Shown here: piece by piece, positions 19,260-28,362 of the stretch | Position numbering within the stretch: position 1 is the stretch's first letter | Layout of the letters: each line of letters opens with the position of its first letter | Source: Leptospira sp. | GTDB lineage: Bacteria > Spirochaetota > Leptospiria > Leptospirales > Leptospiraceae | Assembly (NCBI GenBank): GCA_034439575.1 | Contig: JAWXAQ010000010.1 | Location: forward strand, 1-52,574 | Length of the DNA: 52,574 bases | Direction of reading: 5' to 3' | Made by a program: the position numbers and the translations under genes | The notes under the pieces: model-generated | Told to the model about the DNA's origin: nothing | What the model saw: the letters and a program-made list of their open reading frames with translations, nothing else | Database searches by the model: none

Positions 19260-19275
19260 TGGCATAGATTTTGCT
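19260..19275 (+). promoter_or_regulatory. Sigma-54 promoter of nasA
   Basis: TGGCATAGATTTTGCT, a near-perfect TGGCAC-N5-TTGCW match. Confidence 0.85.
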
Positions 19276-19285
19276 GGTATATAGC

Positions 19286-22200
19286 GTGATTCCAACGGAA
19301 AATTTTGCTTCTACATGCTCTTATTGTGGCGTCGGTTGCGGTGTGCTCATAAGCAAAACCAATACAAATGAAATTTCTGTGACCGGTGACAAAGATCATC
19401 CAGCTAACAAAGGTTTACTCTGTTCAAAAGGTATGAATTTACATTACACTGTTATGGATACTTCGGACAGAGTTCTATATCCTTCCGTTCGTAAATTTAA
19501 AAATCAGAATTTGCGTCGTATTAGTTGGGATGAGGCATTGACTGGAATTTCACAAAAATTTAAGCAATTAATCAAAACCTATGGTCCAGACTCTGTCGGT
19601 TTCTATGTCTCTGGCCAATTATTAACAGAAGAATATTATATTATAAATAAGTTAATTAAAGGATTTATTGGCAGTAATAATATTGATACAAATTCAAGAC
19701 TATGTATGAGTTCAGCTGTTGTTGGTTATAAGATGGCATTAGGTGAAGATAGTGTTCCCATTTCTTATGATGACATTGAACTCGCAGATTGTTTTTTGAT
19801 AGCTGGGGCAAATCCAGCTTGGTGCCATCCAATTCTATTTAGGCGAATAGAAGCTCATAAAAGTAAAAATCCAAATATCAAAATTATAGTAGTTGATCCA
19901 CGTCGCACAGATACATGCGAAGATGCAGATTTACATCTGCAAATTAATCCCGGTACAGATATATATTTATTTCATGCCATTGCCAAGTTGTTAGTTGATA
20001 ATAATTGGATAGATGAAGATTTTATAAAGAAGTCGACTGAAGGTTTTGAGGAATTAAAAAACTTTCTAAATAATTTCAATTTAGATGAAGCATCAAAAAT
20101 TTGTGGTATAGAGATAAATGATATTTTTTTGGCAGCAAAATATATAGGAAATGCGAATGGATTTCTGTCACTTTGGGCAATGGGTCTTAACCAAAGTGTA
20201 ATCGGTGTTAATAAAAATTTAGCTTTGCTCAATCTATCATTGCTTACAGGAAAAATTGGCAAACCAGGCTCTGGTCCTTTTTCTTTGACTGGTCAACCAA
20301 ATGCCATGGGTGGAAGAGAAGTTGGTGGATTGTGCAATCTGTTACCTGCACATAGAGACCTCGCAAATCCAGAGCATAGAAGTGAAGTTGCCAATTTTTG
20401 GGGAGTTGAATCCATACAAAGTAGTCCAGGCTTAAGTGCAGTCGAGATGTTTGAAAGTCTACGATCTGGAAAAATGAAAGGTATTTGGATCATTTGTACA
20501 AATCCGACAACAAGTATGCCTGATGCCAAGATGGTAGAACAAGGCTTACGTGAAGCTGAGCTGGTGGTTGTTCAAGATATCTCTATGAGTTCAGCAGCCA
20601 TTCCGTATGCGGACTATGTATTACCTGCGGCGGGCTGGGCTGAAAAACAAGGGACTATGACAAACTCCGATAGAAGGGTCACTTATTTACCAAAAGTAAT
20701 CAATCCACCGGGAGAGGCAATAGCAGATACTATCATCATAAAGAAGTTTGCTGAAAAAATGGGTTTTGGTAAATCATTTAATTATAATTCCGAAGAAGAC
20801 GTCTTTTTGGAGCATTGTGCATTAACTAAGAATACACGGATAGATATTAGTGGTTTAGATTATTCTACATTAAAAGAGAAAAGATCTGTCCAATGGCCAT
20901 ATCCAGAAAAAAATCACGGGGGCACTCCGCGCCTTTTTTCAGATCAAATTTTTTATAGAGCCAATGGAAAGGCAAAGATTCATAGTGTTTTGCCAGAAGA
21001 TACTTCCGAAAAGCCAAACGCCGAATTTCCCTTTGTTTTGACAACTGGTAGAATTCGTGACCAGTGGCATACAATGACCCGGACGGGAAAAGTTCAGAAA
21101 CTCCTAGAGCATAAGTCGGAGCCTTATTTAGAAATACACCCAAATGATGCCACCAAACTCTCTATCAACGAAAATACCTTAGTAGATGTAAGTAATGAAC
21201 GTGGGATTGTTAGGGTTCGCGCAAAAATTACAGACACCATCAAACAAGGCGTAGTATTTTTACCAATGCATTGGGGTCGCAAGAATCAAAATGATGAATC
21301 GAGATCAAATAACTTAACTAGTAAAAGTTATGATCCATTTTCAAAACAGCCTGGGTTTAAAAATTCCGCTGTTAATGTTAAGGCATACAAAAAAGAAAAA
21401 GAAAGAATTATCATAATTGGTGGAGGGAATAGTACTTACGCATTTATTAAAAATTATAAAACCTTGGCCCCCGATGATGAAATTACAGTGATTTGTAAAG
21501 AGGAAAACCCTCTTTACAATAGAATTTTACTTCCTGATCTTATCAGTGGTGAAAAAGAATTCCATGAATTAGCAAGCGCAAGTACAGAAGATATCAACTC
21601 TTGGAATATTAATTTACTCACATCGACGGCCGTTTTAGAAATACTTCCAGAATCCAAAAAAGTTAGGGATTCCAATGGTACATTGCATTCTTATAATAAA
21701 CTAATATTAGCTACGGGAAGTTCTGCTCAAATCCCAAAATATATTGCCGAAGATACAGTAGGAGTCTTTAGCTTACGTGCCAAAAACGATGCGGATCGTA
21801 TCAAAGGATTTTTTGTTCCTGATTCCCATGCTTTAATAGTTGGGGGCGGCTTGTTAGGTTTGGAATTGGCTGTTGCTCTTAAATCTTTGAATGTTAAAGT
21901 TACTATACTCGTTAGAACAAATCGATTGATGTCAAAACAATTGGACGAAGTCGGATGTGATATATTACGGGAAGAAATACAAAATCGCGATATAGAAATT
22001 TTATTTAATTCAGAAATTTCCAAAGTGAATGGGATTGGTCGTGTAACAACTGTCGAGTTAAAAGACGGAACTAAACTAAATCCCGATGGAATCGTCTATG
22101 CTATGGGTACAAGTCCAAATTTACATTTAACAAAAAATCTAAATATAGAAATTGGTGATGGCATAAAAGTAAACGATTTTTTACAAACGAATGATCCCGA

Positions 22201-22792
22201 TATTTATGCGATAGGCGAAGTCGCTGAACATACGAGCGGTGTTTATGGAACAGTGCTGGCGGCAGAGGAGCAGGCATTTGTTGCGGCATCGCACATCTAT
22301 GGTTATAAATTTCAAACTTATGGTGGCTCATTGCACTCTAACTTATTAAAAATCCCTGGATTAGAACTGGTTTCATTACGTCTCCCTGGAGTTCCATTGG
22401 AGAAACTAACAGATGAATATGAAGAAATACATTTTATAGACAGAAAAAATAGACGTTATAAAAAGTGTATCGTAAAGGGAGATAAGTTAGTCGCTGCCAT
22501 TCTTATCGGTGATAAAGCAGAATTTATTGAATATAAGAATCTTATTTCAAGCGGAGTGGAATTAGGTGAAAAACGTTTTCAACTGTTAAGTGGCCGAGTG
22601 AATGCTATCGCACCGAAAGGAGCTATTGTGTGTTCTTGCAATTCCGTAGGAAAAGGGAATATAGAAGACGAAATTAAAGCTGGATGCAAAACATTAGAAA
22701 TGATAACGACCAAAACTGGAGCTGGTGGTGGTTGTGGGAGTTGCCGACCTGAAATCAATCGTATCCTTAAGGAAAATCTACCTATTAAATAA
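19286..22792 (+). CDS. nasA: Assimilatory nitrate reductase catalytic domain fused to an FAD/NADH oxidoreductase and a BFD [2Fe-2S] domain
   Basis: CSYCGVGC...CSKG, NSRLCMSSA, GQPNAMGGREVG, TTGRIRDQWHTMTRTG, then IVGGGLLGLE, IYAIGEVAE and C-terminal CSC...CGSC. GTG at 19286 chosen because TTG 19271 lies inside the promoter. Confidence 0.93.
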   Translation: MIPTENFASTCSYCGVGCGVLISKTNTNEISVTGDKDHPANKGLLCSKGMNLHYTVMDTSDRVLYPSVRKFKNQNLRRISWDEALTGISQKFKQLIKTYGPDSVGFYVSGQLLTEEYYIINKLIKGFIGSNNIDTNSRLCMSSAVVGYKMALGEDSVPISYDDIELADCFLIAGANPAWCHPILFRRIEAHKSKNPNIKIIVVDPRRTDTCEDADLHLQINPGTDIYLFHAIAKLLVDNNWIDEDFIKKSTEGFEELKNFLNNFNLDEASKICGIEINDIFLAAKYIGNANGFLSLWAMGLNQSVIGVNKNLALLNLSLLTGKIGKPGSGPFSLTGQPNAMGGREVGGLCNLLPAHRDLANPEHRSEVANFWGVESIQSSPGLSAVEMFESLRSGKMKGIWIICTNPTTSMPDAKMVEQGLREAELVVVQDISMSSAAIPYADYVLPAAGWAEKQGTMTNSDRRVTYLPKVINPPGEAIADTIIIKKFAEKMGFGKSFNYNSEEDVFLEHCALTKNTRIDISGLDYSTLKEKRSVQWPYPEKNHGGTPRLFSDQIFYRANGKAKIHSVLPEDTSEKPNAEFPFVLTTGRIRDQWHTMTRTGKVQKLLEHKSEPYLEIHPNDATKLSINENTLVDVSNERGIVRVRAKITDTIKQGVVFLPMHWGRKNQNDESRSNNLTSKSYDPFSKQPGFKNSAVNVKAYKKEKERIIIIGGGNSTYAFIKNYKTLAPDDEITVICKEENPLYNRILLPDLISGEKEFHELASASTEDINSWNINLLTSTAVLEILPESKKVRDSNGTLHSYNKLILATGSSAQIPKYIAEDTVGVFSLRAKNDADRIKGFFVPDSHALIVGGGLLGLELAVALKSLNVKVTILVRTNRLMSKQLDEVGCDILREEIQNRDIEILFNSEISKVNGIGRVTTVELKDGTKLNPDGIVYAMGTSPNLHLTKNLNIEIGDGIKVNDFLQTNDPDIYAIGEVAEHTSGVYGTVLAAEEQAFVAASHIYGYKFQTYGGSLHSNLLKIPGLELVSLRLPGVPLEKLTDEYEEIHFIDRKNRRYKKCIVKGDKLVAAILIGDKAEFIEYKNLISSGVELGEKRFQLLSGRVNAIAPKGAIVCSCNSVGKGNIEDEIKAGCKTLEMITTKTGAGGGCGSCRPEINRILKENLPIK

Positions 22793-22814
22793 TTATTTTT
22801 TTATTACTTATGAT

Positions 22815-23990
22815 TCATTTGGAATCTTTATCTTTATTTATACCAATGTCATGGAAGACTCTAAATTGAATCGGTGAATAAAATAACAATGTCCCAACTA
22901 ACATTCCTAGTAAGAACCCAAATGGTAAACCGAAAGATATTACACTTACAAAGAGTGCAATAATAAAGTTTCGCCTTTCAGATATTAAATCTTTAATGAG
23001 TGAAACTAAGGAGATACCTTCAAATAAAAGGATAACACCTAAAATAGATAAAGGAAATGCATTCACCAAATAAAATAAACCATTCCCAAAAAATAAACCT
23101 AAGGAAAGAAAGATGGTTCCATAGATTATTACTGATCCGCCAGTTCTACCACCAAATGTATAATGACCAAGCATTCCGCCAGAACCATGACAACAAGGGA
23201 TACCTCCAAATAAACTAGAAATCAGATTCAGAATGGAGTAAGTAATTCCAATTTTTTTGACTGTTATTTGTTTTTGCTCTGGGAATAGATCATTAGCAGT
23301 TTGTTTGGTGGCAAGGATTGAGTTTCCTAAAGATAATGGAATTTGTGGCAATGCCAATAGCAAAAATCCTGTAGATATTGATTCGATCGTTGGAATATTG
23401 AACTTTGGTAAATTTATACCGAAAGATATATCAATGTGTGATAGATTTGAGTTGGTACCAATTGCATAGATTATGCCAATTATGATTATGATAACAGAGA
23501 CAGGAAATTTTCGATTATCTATGAGAAAAATTATAATTGTAAACGATAAGAAAGAAAGTAAATAGCCCTCTAAGCCTTTAGAAGGAATATATTCTTTGCA
23601 AGCTAACAGACAAAGACTAATTCCTAGTCCAAATTGTAACCCACGTACTACGGCCTTAGGAATGATTTTATTTAATTTATCCAATGCGCCCGTAATCGAT
23701 AATAAAAACATAACAATGCCTATAGCGAGTCCTGCACCGAGCACAATAGACCCTGCAATTTTTTGTGTAATGACGATGGTTGCCACAGCTTTCAAAGGTT
23801 GGACGGGCATAGGTAATTTATAGATTAACCCAGTTAAAATTTGCAAACTTCCAAAAATGATAAAGACGCTAGTTGCCTCAAGTCCAGTGGCAAGAATCAT
23901 TGCAATCAGCAGTGGTATATCAGTGCCTATATCACCAAAGGCACCTGACAATTCCTGGCGATTGAACTTTATCCCATCAAAATTAAACAT
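22815..23990 (-). CDS. MOT1-family molybdate transporter
   Basis: ELSGAFGDIGT, PMPVQPLKA, VVRGLQFGLG, LPQIPLSLGNS and PCCHGSGG...FGGRTG are MOT1 motifs; flanks a Moco island. Confidence 0.85.
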   Translation of the reverse strand: MFNFDGIKFNRQELSGAFGDIGTDIPLLIAMILATGLEATSVFIIFGSLQILTGLIYKLPMPVQPLKAVATIVITQKIAGSIVLGAGLAIGIVMFLLSITGALDKLNKIIPKAVVRGLQFGLGISLCLLACKEYIPSKGLEGYLLSFLSFTIIIFLIDNRKFPVSVIIIIIGIIYAIGTNSNLSHIDISFGINLPKFNIPTIESISTGFLLLALPQIPLSLGNSILATKQTANDLFPEQKQITVKKIGITYSILNLISSLFGGIPCCHGSGGMLGHYTFGGRTGGSVIIYGTIFLSLGLFFGNGLFYLVNAFPLSILGVILLFEGISLVSLIKDLISERRNFIIALFVSVISFGLPFGFLLGMLVGTLLFYSPIQFRVFHDIGINKDKDSK

Positions 23991-24055
23991 GTAAACAAAG
24001 TAAGAAAATCCATTCCTCAGGGAAGAATAAATTTTAATCGAAATCTACTTTGCAA

Positions 24056-25651
24056 TTATTCTTTTAAGATCTTTTTCAGCAATTCACGACTACCTAATAT
24101 TTTCAATGTTGTAGCAAGGCCACCCATCATGGCACCAGCAATGCCAGGTGAGCCACCAGCGTCTGCTCCTGTTATATATAAGCCTTGGATAGGTGTAGCG
24201 ATTTCAAACCATGGCGATTCTTTTTTGTCATACCGTTCTGGTACGCAAGCAAGCCCATATATTGCCCCATCAGGATGAGATGTAAAATGTTCATTCGTTA
24301 ATGGAGTTGAAACTTCAATGTACTCCACAATATTTTTAAAGCCAGGAAATCTTTTATCAATCGTATCGACGACTGTATCAGAAATCTTTTTCTTGAAAGC
24401 CTCATATTCTTCACCCCTTTTTTTCCAAGGCAGGTCTTTCCATCGTTCAAATAACGCATAGTCGGTGAATGTAATCATGTCTGCTGTGTGGTGTTTCGCT
24501 TCTGGATCTTTTAAGCTCGGAAACGACATATATAGATTTCTGATTTCACCAAAATTTTCAAGCCATGAATTTCTTTCATTAAAATTCGCCTCATGGTCGT
24601 TTGATGCAAAAATCCAATGATTCTCACCTTTAAATCCCAGTGTAGCTGGACTTTCTGATAAACCCATATACACACAGATGCTAGTTGCCATTTTTTCTCG
24701 TTTATAGAAGTTTTTTAAATCATTTCGAAATGAAATTGGAACTGATTCGGGAAGTAGTTTCATATATGTTGGGTAGGCTCCCGCACAGGATACTATGATT
24801 GGAGCATAGAATTTGCGTTCATGTTTGTCACCCCTTAGAAATCTGGTGTTGACTCCGATGGCGGATCCGTTTTCTACAATAATTTCTGTTACCTCAGTTG
24901 TATCGAGGACAGCACCACCATTTGATTTGATAAGAGGTTCAACACTTTCGAAAATTTTTCCACCACCACCAACAGGATAAAAACCGCCGTTAAAGTAGTG
25001 AACAACGAGAGCCGCATGTGTTGCAAACAAACATTTGGAAGGTGGTAAACCATAATCTCCCCATTGAGATGCCAATATAGCTTTGATATCAGGATTTTTA
25101 AAATATGTATCCAAATAATCTTTCAATGTTTCGATATTTGGATCATCTAACTGAGATTTGAAAGCAGATAGGTCGGGAGTGCTTGATTTCATCATCATTG
25201 ACTTACCAAATAGGGCAGCTGCTTTGTGAATGTCTTTGAAATATCTGGTGATGGATTCAGTCTCAGTTGGAAATTGAGAAATTAAGTCAGATTTAAATTT
25301 TTCTTCGTCGCCAAACAATTCAAATGTTCTGTTGGGATATACGAATTTTTCAAAAGGCTCAGCCATCTTCTGCCATAAAACACCTTTATTTGTGATTTTA
25401 TCCATTAATATTCTGCTAAAACCTGTGGAATGCATATCACCAACATAATGAATTCCAACATCCCAATGGAATTTATTTTGTTTTCTGGCAAATGCATGAG
25501 TATATCCGCCTGCTTGGAAATGTTTTTCTATTACTAGAATTTTTTTATTTGCGTATTGTGATAATAAACTCGCTACGGTAAGGCTTCCCATTCCAGATCC
25601 AATACAGATCACATCATATTTATCGTTTAGAATTTCTTTTGGCATTGACAT
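24056..25651 (-). CDS. Phytoene desaturase / retinol saturase-like FAD-dependent oxidoreductase
   Basis: IGSGMGSL...EKHFQAGG, WDVGIHYVG, QWGDYG, STPLT, GAIYG, GLYITGAD. Confidence 0.85.
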   Translation of the reverse strand: MSMPKEILNDKYDVICIGSGMGSLTVASLLSQYANKKILVIEKHFQAGGYTHAFARKQNKFHWDVGIHYVGDMHSTGFSRILMDKITNKGVLWQKMAEPFEKFVYPNRTFELFGDEEKFKSDLISQFPTETESITRYFKDIHKAAALFGKSMMMKSSTPDLSAFKSQLDDPNIETLKDYLDTYFKNPDIKAILASQWGDYGLPPSKCLFATHAALVVHYFNGGFYPVGGGGKIFESVEPLIKSNGGAVLDTTEVTEIIVENGSAIGVNTRFLRGDKHERKFYAPIIVSCAGAYPTYMKLLPESVPISFRNDLKNFYKREKMATSICVYMGLSESPATLGFKGENHWIFASNDHEANFNERNSWLENFGEIRNLYMSFPSLKDPEAKHHTADMITFTDYALFERWKDLPWKKRGEEYEAFKKKISDTVVDTIDKRFPGFKNIVEYIEVSTPLTNEHFTSHPDGAIYGLACVPERYDKKESPWFEIATPIQGLYITGADAGGSPGIAGAMMGGLATTLKILGSRELLKKILKE

Positions 25652-25666
25652 TTGTCCTTAGGCAAT

Positions 25667-25731
25667 AATGTTAACAATGAATACATTGGTTAATGCCAAT
25701 AATTACCCATAATGTAATAACTGTCAACATG
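25667..25731. promoter_or_regulatory. Two imperfect palindromic operators, probably for the adjacent TetR
   Basis: AATGTTAACAATGAATACATT (25667-25687) and AATGTAATAACTGTCAACATG (25711-25731, overlapping the tetR ATG). Confidence 0.6.
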
Positions 25732-26352
25732 AAAAAACCTAAAGAAAAACATCCATATCATCACGGGGATCTAAAAAAAGCTCTTGTTGAAGCGACAATA
25801 CAGCTTTTAAAAGAAGACGGTTATCAATCCTTATCTCTTAGAAAAATTTCAAAACTGGCAGGCGTGTCACAAGCGGCACCCTATAGGCATTATAATGATT
25901 TGGAATCTCTGATAGCGGATGTGGCCTCTGAAGGATTTAAACTGCTTACTGACCAATTAAGTAAAATTAGGCGAAAGGCAAAATCAAATCCTTTGTTGCA
26001 ATTTCGTGAATCTGGTCTTTCTTATGTTGAATTTGCTCTAACGAATCCCGATCTTTTCCAAATTATGTATGGCAATCAAATTCAAAATCATTCTGAGTAT
26101 GAAACCCTCATTGCTGCAGAAGATGAACCCTTTGAAATTTTAAAAGAAATAATAACTGATTGCAAAAATGCAAAAATCATAAAAACAGCTGATATAGAAA
26201 AAACTTCAATAGCTGCATGGACTATGGTTCATGGAATCGCAGTTTTGTTACTCGGTAATCAAGTCATGTTTCGGAATTTGGATCTTAAACATGCAAGAAC
26301 TGTAACAAAAGAACTGATAGAACATTTGTTTGTTGGTCTAAAAAATCAATAA
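25729..26352 (+). CDS. TetR/AcrR regulator with WHG-type C-terminal domain
   Basis: YHHGDLKKAL, LSLRKISKLAGVSQAAPYRHY, AWTMVHG; ATG at 25729 preferred. Confidence 0.9.
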   Translation: MKKPKEKHPYHHGDLKKALVEATIQLLKEDGYQSLSLRKISKLAGVSQAAPYRHYNDLESLIADVASEGFKLLTDQLSKIRRKAKSNPLLQFRESGLSYVEFALTNPDLFQIMYGNQIQNHSEYETLIAAEDEPFEILKEIITDCKNAKIIKTADIEKTSIAAWTMVHGIAVLLLGNQVMFRNLDLKHARTVTKELIEHLFVGLKNQ

Positions 26353-26416
26353 ATATATAAACAAACCTTTTCAATCCTCTTTTTGATTATATATTATTTG
26401 AATCAAATTAATGGCT

Positions 26417-27109
26417 TTAATTCTCTTTGATAAGATGGTAAATTTTTATAATTGGATTCAATATCATTTGAAAAAAAGGTAAGTTTGATATTTTGATTAA
26501 TTTTAAAATCAGATCCATTGATTCGCTAATTAGTTTTTTTGTTTTTTCAAAATTTTTTGATTTGTCGGAGATCCAAAAATAAATAATACAGATTTGATAT
26601 AACCATAATAATTCTGGTAAAATTTCTAAAATAGTTCCTTTTCCTTTTAAATTGGAAGAATCTATCGCATCTTTAAAAATTTGGATCGCTTCCTCGCGGA
26701 TAACCTTTGTTTCTTGGCTAAAAGGAGAGAGTGGATGATTCGCATCTCCGGCATTGTGTGCAAGGACAGAAATGAATTTTCTATATTTAGCAAAATAGTT
26801 TAATTTAAATTGTATAATATTATTAATTCTCAGGGAAAAATCATTTTCATGTTCGTTAAAAGACTGGCTTTGTAATTTAGCTTCCTCTTGTGAAAGAAAA
26901 TAAAAATGAAAAACTATATCTTCTTTCGTTCTAAAATGATAATAGGTAGCACCCAATGCAACATCGGCATTTGATGCTATGACCCTCATCGTGGCTTTTT
27001 CATAACCTATCTTTTGGAAAAGAGAAATGGCTGTATGATAAATATGATTTTTAGTTAGTATGGATTTTTCAGTTTTTTTTGTTTCTGCTTTTATTTTTAC
27101 TGTTTTCAT
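26417..27109 (-). CDS. TetR/AcrR-family regulator
   Basis: GYEKATMRVIA...VALGATYYHFRTKEDIV and PLSPFS motif. Confidence 0.9.
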   Translation of the reverse strand: MKTVKIKAETKKTEKSILTKNHIYHTAISLFQKIGYEKATMRVIASNADVALGATYYHFRTKEDIVFHFYFLSQEEAKLQSQSFNEHENDFSLRINNIIQFKLNYFAKYRKFISVLAHNAGDANHPLSPFSQETKVIREEAIQIFKDAIDSSNLKGKGTILEILPELLWLYQICIIYFWISDKSKNFEKTKKLISESMDLILKLIKISNLPFFQMILNPIIKIYHLIKEN

Positions 27110-27168
27110 ATATTACCTTATCAAAATACTCAGCTTTCTATTTTTTATGAGAAATTTCTGTTACTTGT

Positions 27169-27981
27169 TCAGCTAATGCTTTTTGAAAGTGTACGCTTTC
27201 TTAGGCGACCAAATAAATATAAATTGAAAAAATGCATTAATCCCAATAGTATGATAACGATTCCAATTTTCTCTGAAAGAATTTCAATTGCTTCGACTAT
27301 GTCCTTTGGTCTTAATCCAATTTTTAAAGCCATAGAAATGTATCCTATATTGATTAAATAAAATCCAACAACTAACAGATGATTGACTGATTTGGCAAGT
27401 TCTTCATCTTTAAATGCATCTATTAAAAATACATAACCGTTTTTAGAAAGTGTGCGAGCCACCCAAATGGTGACAGCAAGACTCAGTAAAATGTAAATCA
27501 GATACAAACTGATTGTGAGGGAATTTCTATTTTTTAATGATCTTCCGCCATGATTTTCGAGTAGTTTTATTATGGGTTCGTTATTTGTGGCAAGAGCCAG
27601 GTCCAAAGCCGTCTCACCATTTCTATCTGTTAGATTAGGGTCTGCACCATTTCTGAGCAACAAATCGACTGCATATTTATTGTTCAAAGAAACAGCATAA
27701 TGTAAGTAGGAACTTCCGTTAAAGATAGGTTCATTTGGCATGAAACCATAGGCGATAATGGTTTCTAAAAATGAATTGTGGTCTGCTTCCATAGCATAAA
27801 TGAAAGAATCTTTTCCTTGTGGAGTCCTTTTATTAAAATCAATCGATTCTCCTGCTTTGATGGCATTTTCAATGCATTTCAACTGTTCCGGCAAACATGT
27901 TGTATATGGCTCCGATGCAATAGGGGTAAAGTATAAAATAGGGACGATCACGGCGGTAAGAATAGTTAAATTTAGTTTCAT
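27169..27981 (-). CDS. Exported ankyrin-repeat domain fused to a conserved 3-TM membrane domain
   Basis: Signal-like N-terminus; ankyrin motifs (GSSYLHYAV...LLLRNGADPN...GETALDLA); C-terminal TIWVARTLSKNG...SVNHLLVVGFYLINIGY...LGLMHFFN. ATG at 27981 has a GGAG SD. Confidence 0.8.
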   Translation of the reverse strand: MKLNLTILTAVIVPILYFTPIASEPYTTCLPEQLKCIENAIKAGESIDFNKRTPQGKDSFIYAMEADHNSFLETIIAYGFMPNEPIFNGSSYLHYAVSLNNKYAVDLLLRNGADPNLTDRNGETALDLALATNNEPIIKLLENHGGRSLKNRNSLTISLYLIYILLSLAVTIWVARTLSKNGYVFLIDAFKDEELAKSVNHLLVVGFYLINIGYISMALKIGLRPKDIVEAIEILSEKIGIVIILLGLMHFFNLYLFGRLRKRTLSKSIS

Positions 27982-27996
27982 AAGGTTCTCCATAAA

Positions 27997-28057
27997 TTGA
28001 ACATGTTCAAATATATTGATCCTTGGGATTTTGTCAAGGGAAATTGAACGTGTTCGA
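27997..28057. promoter_or_regulatory. TetR-type operators flanking a sigma-70 promoter on the minus strand
   Basis: Perfect palindrome TTGAACATGTTCAA (27997-28010) and TTGAACGTGTTCGA (28044-28057); minus-strand TTGACA (28037-28032)-N16-TATATT between them. Confidence 0.7.
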
Positions 28058-28362
28058 AAATATATTCAAAATTAAAAATTAATTGGCCCGATCTATCAAA
28101 TTGTTTAAATTCTCTATCATTATTTTGACTAAGTCCTAGATTTTTGCGCTATAAGGAGGAAAAAATATCGCATAACTTTGTTTGACGAATATTTATAAAG
28201 AAGTAGAATTGAATTCGATTTTAACCGTCAAATTTTCCTGAAATTCCTTCATGAATTTCATATTAAATTATATAAAAATTAGTTTAAGATTTAATAGTTA
28301 AATTAACTATTTCCAAATAGTGAAAATGTTTCATTTATTTACTTACATATAAAGGAATCTTT

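Noticed and set aside
19271-19285. TTG start for nasA
   Set aside because: The TTG is part of the -12 element (TTGC) of the promoter.
28251-28301. 16-codon leader ORF (MNFILNYIKISLRFNS) before the MATE gene
   Set aside because: No SD and no attenuator structure; expected by chance in AT-rich DNA.
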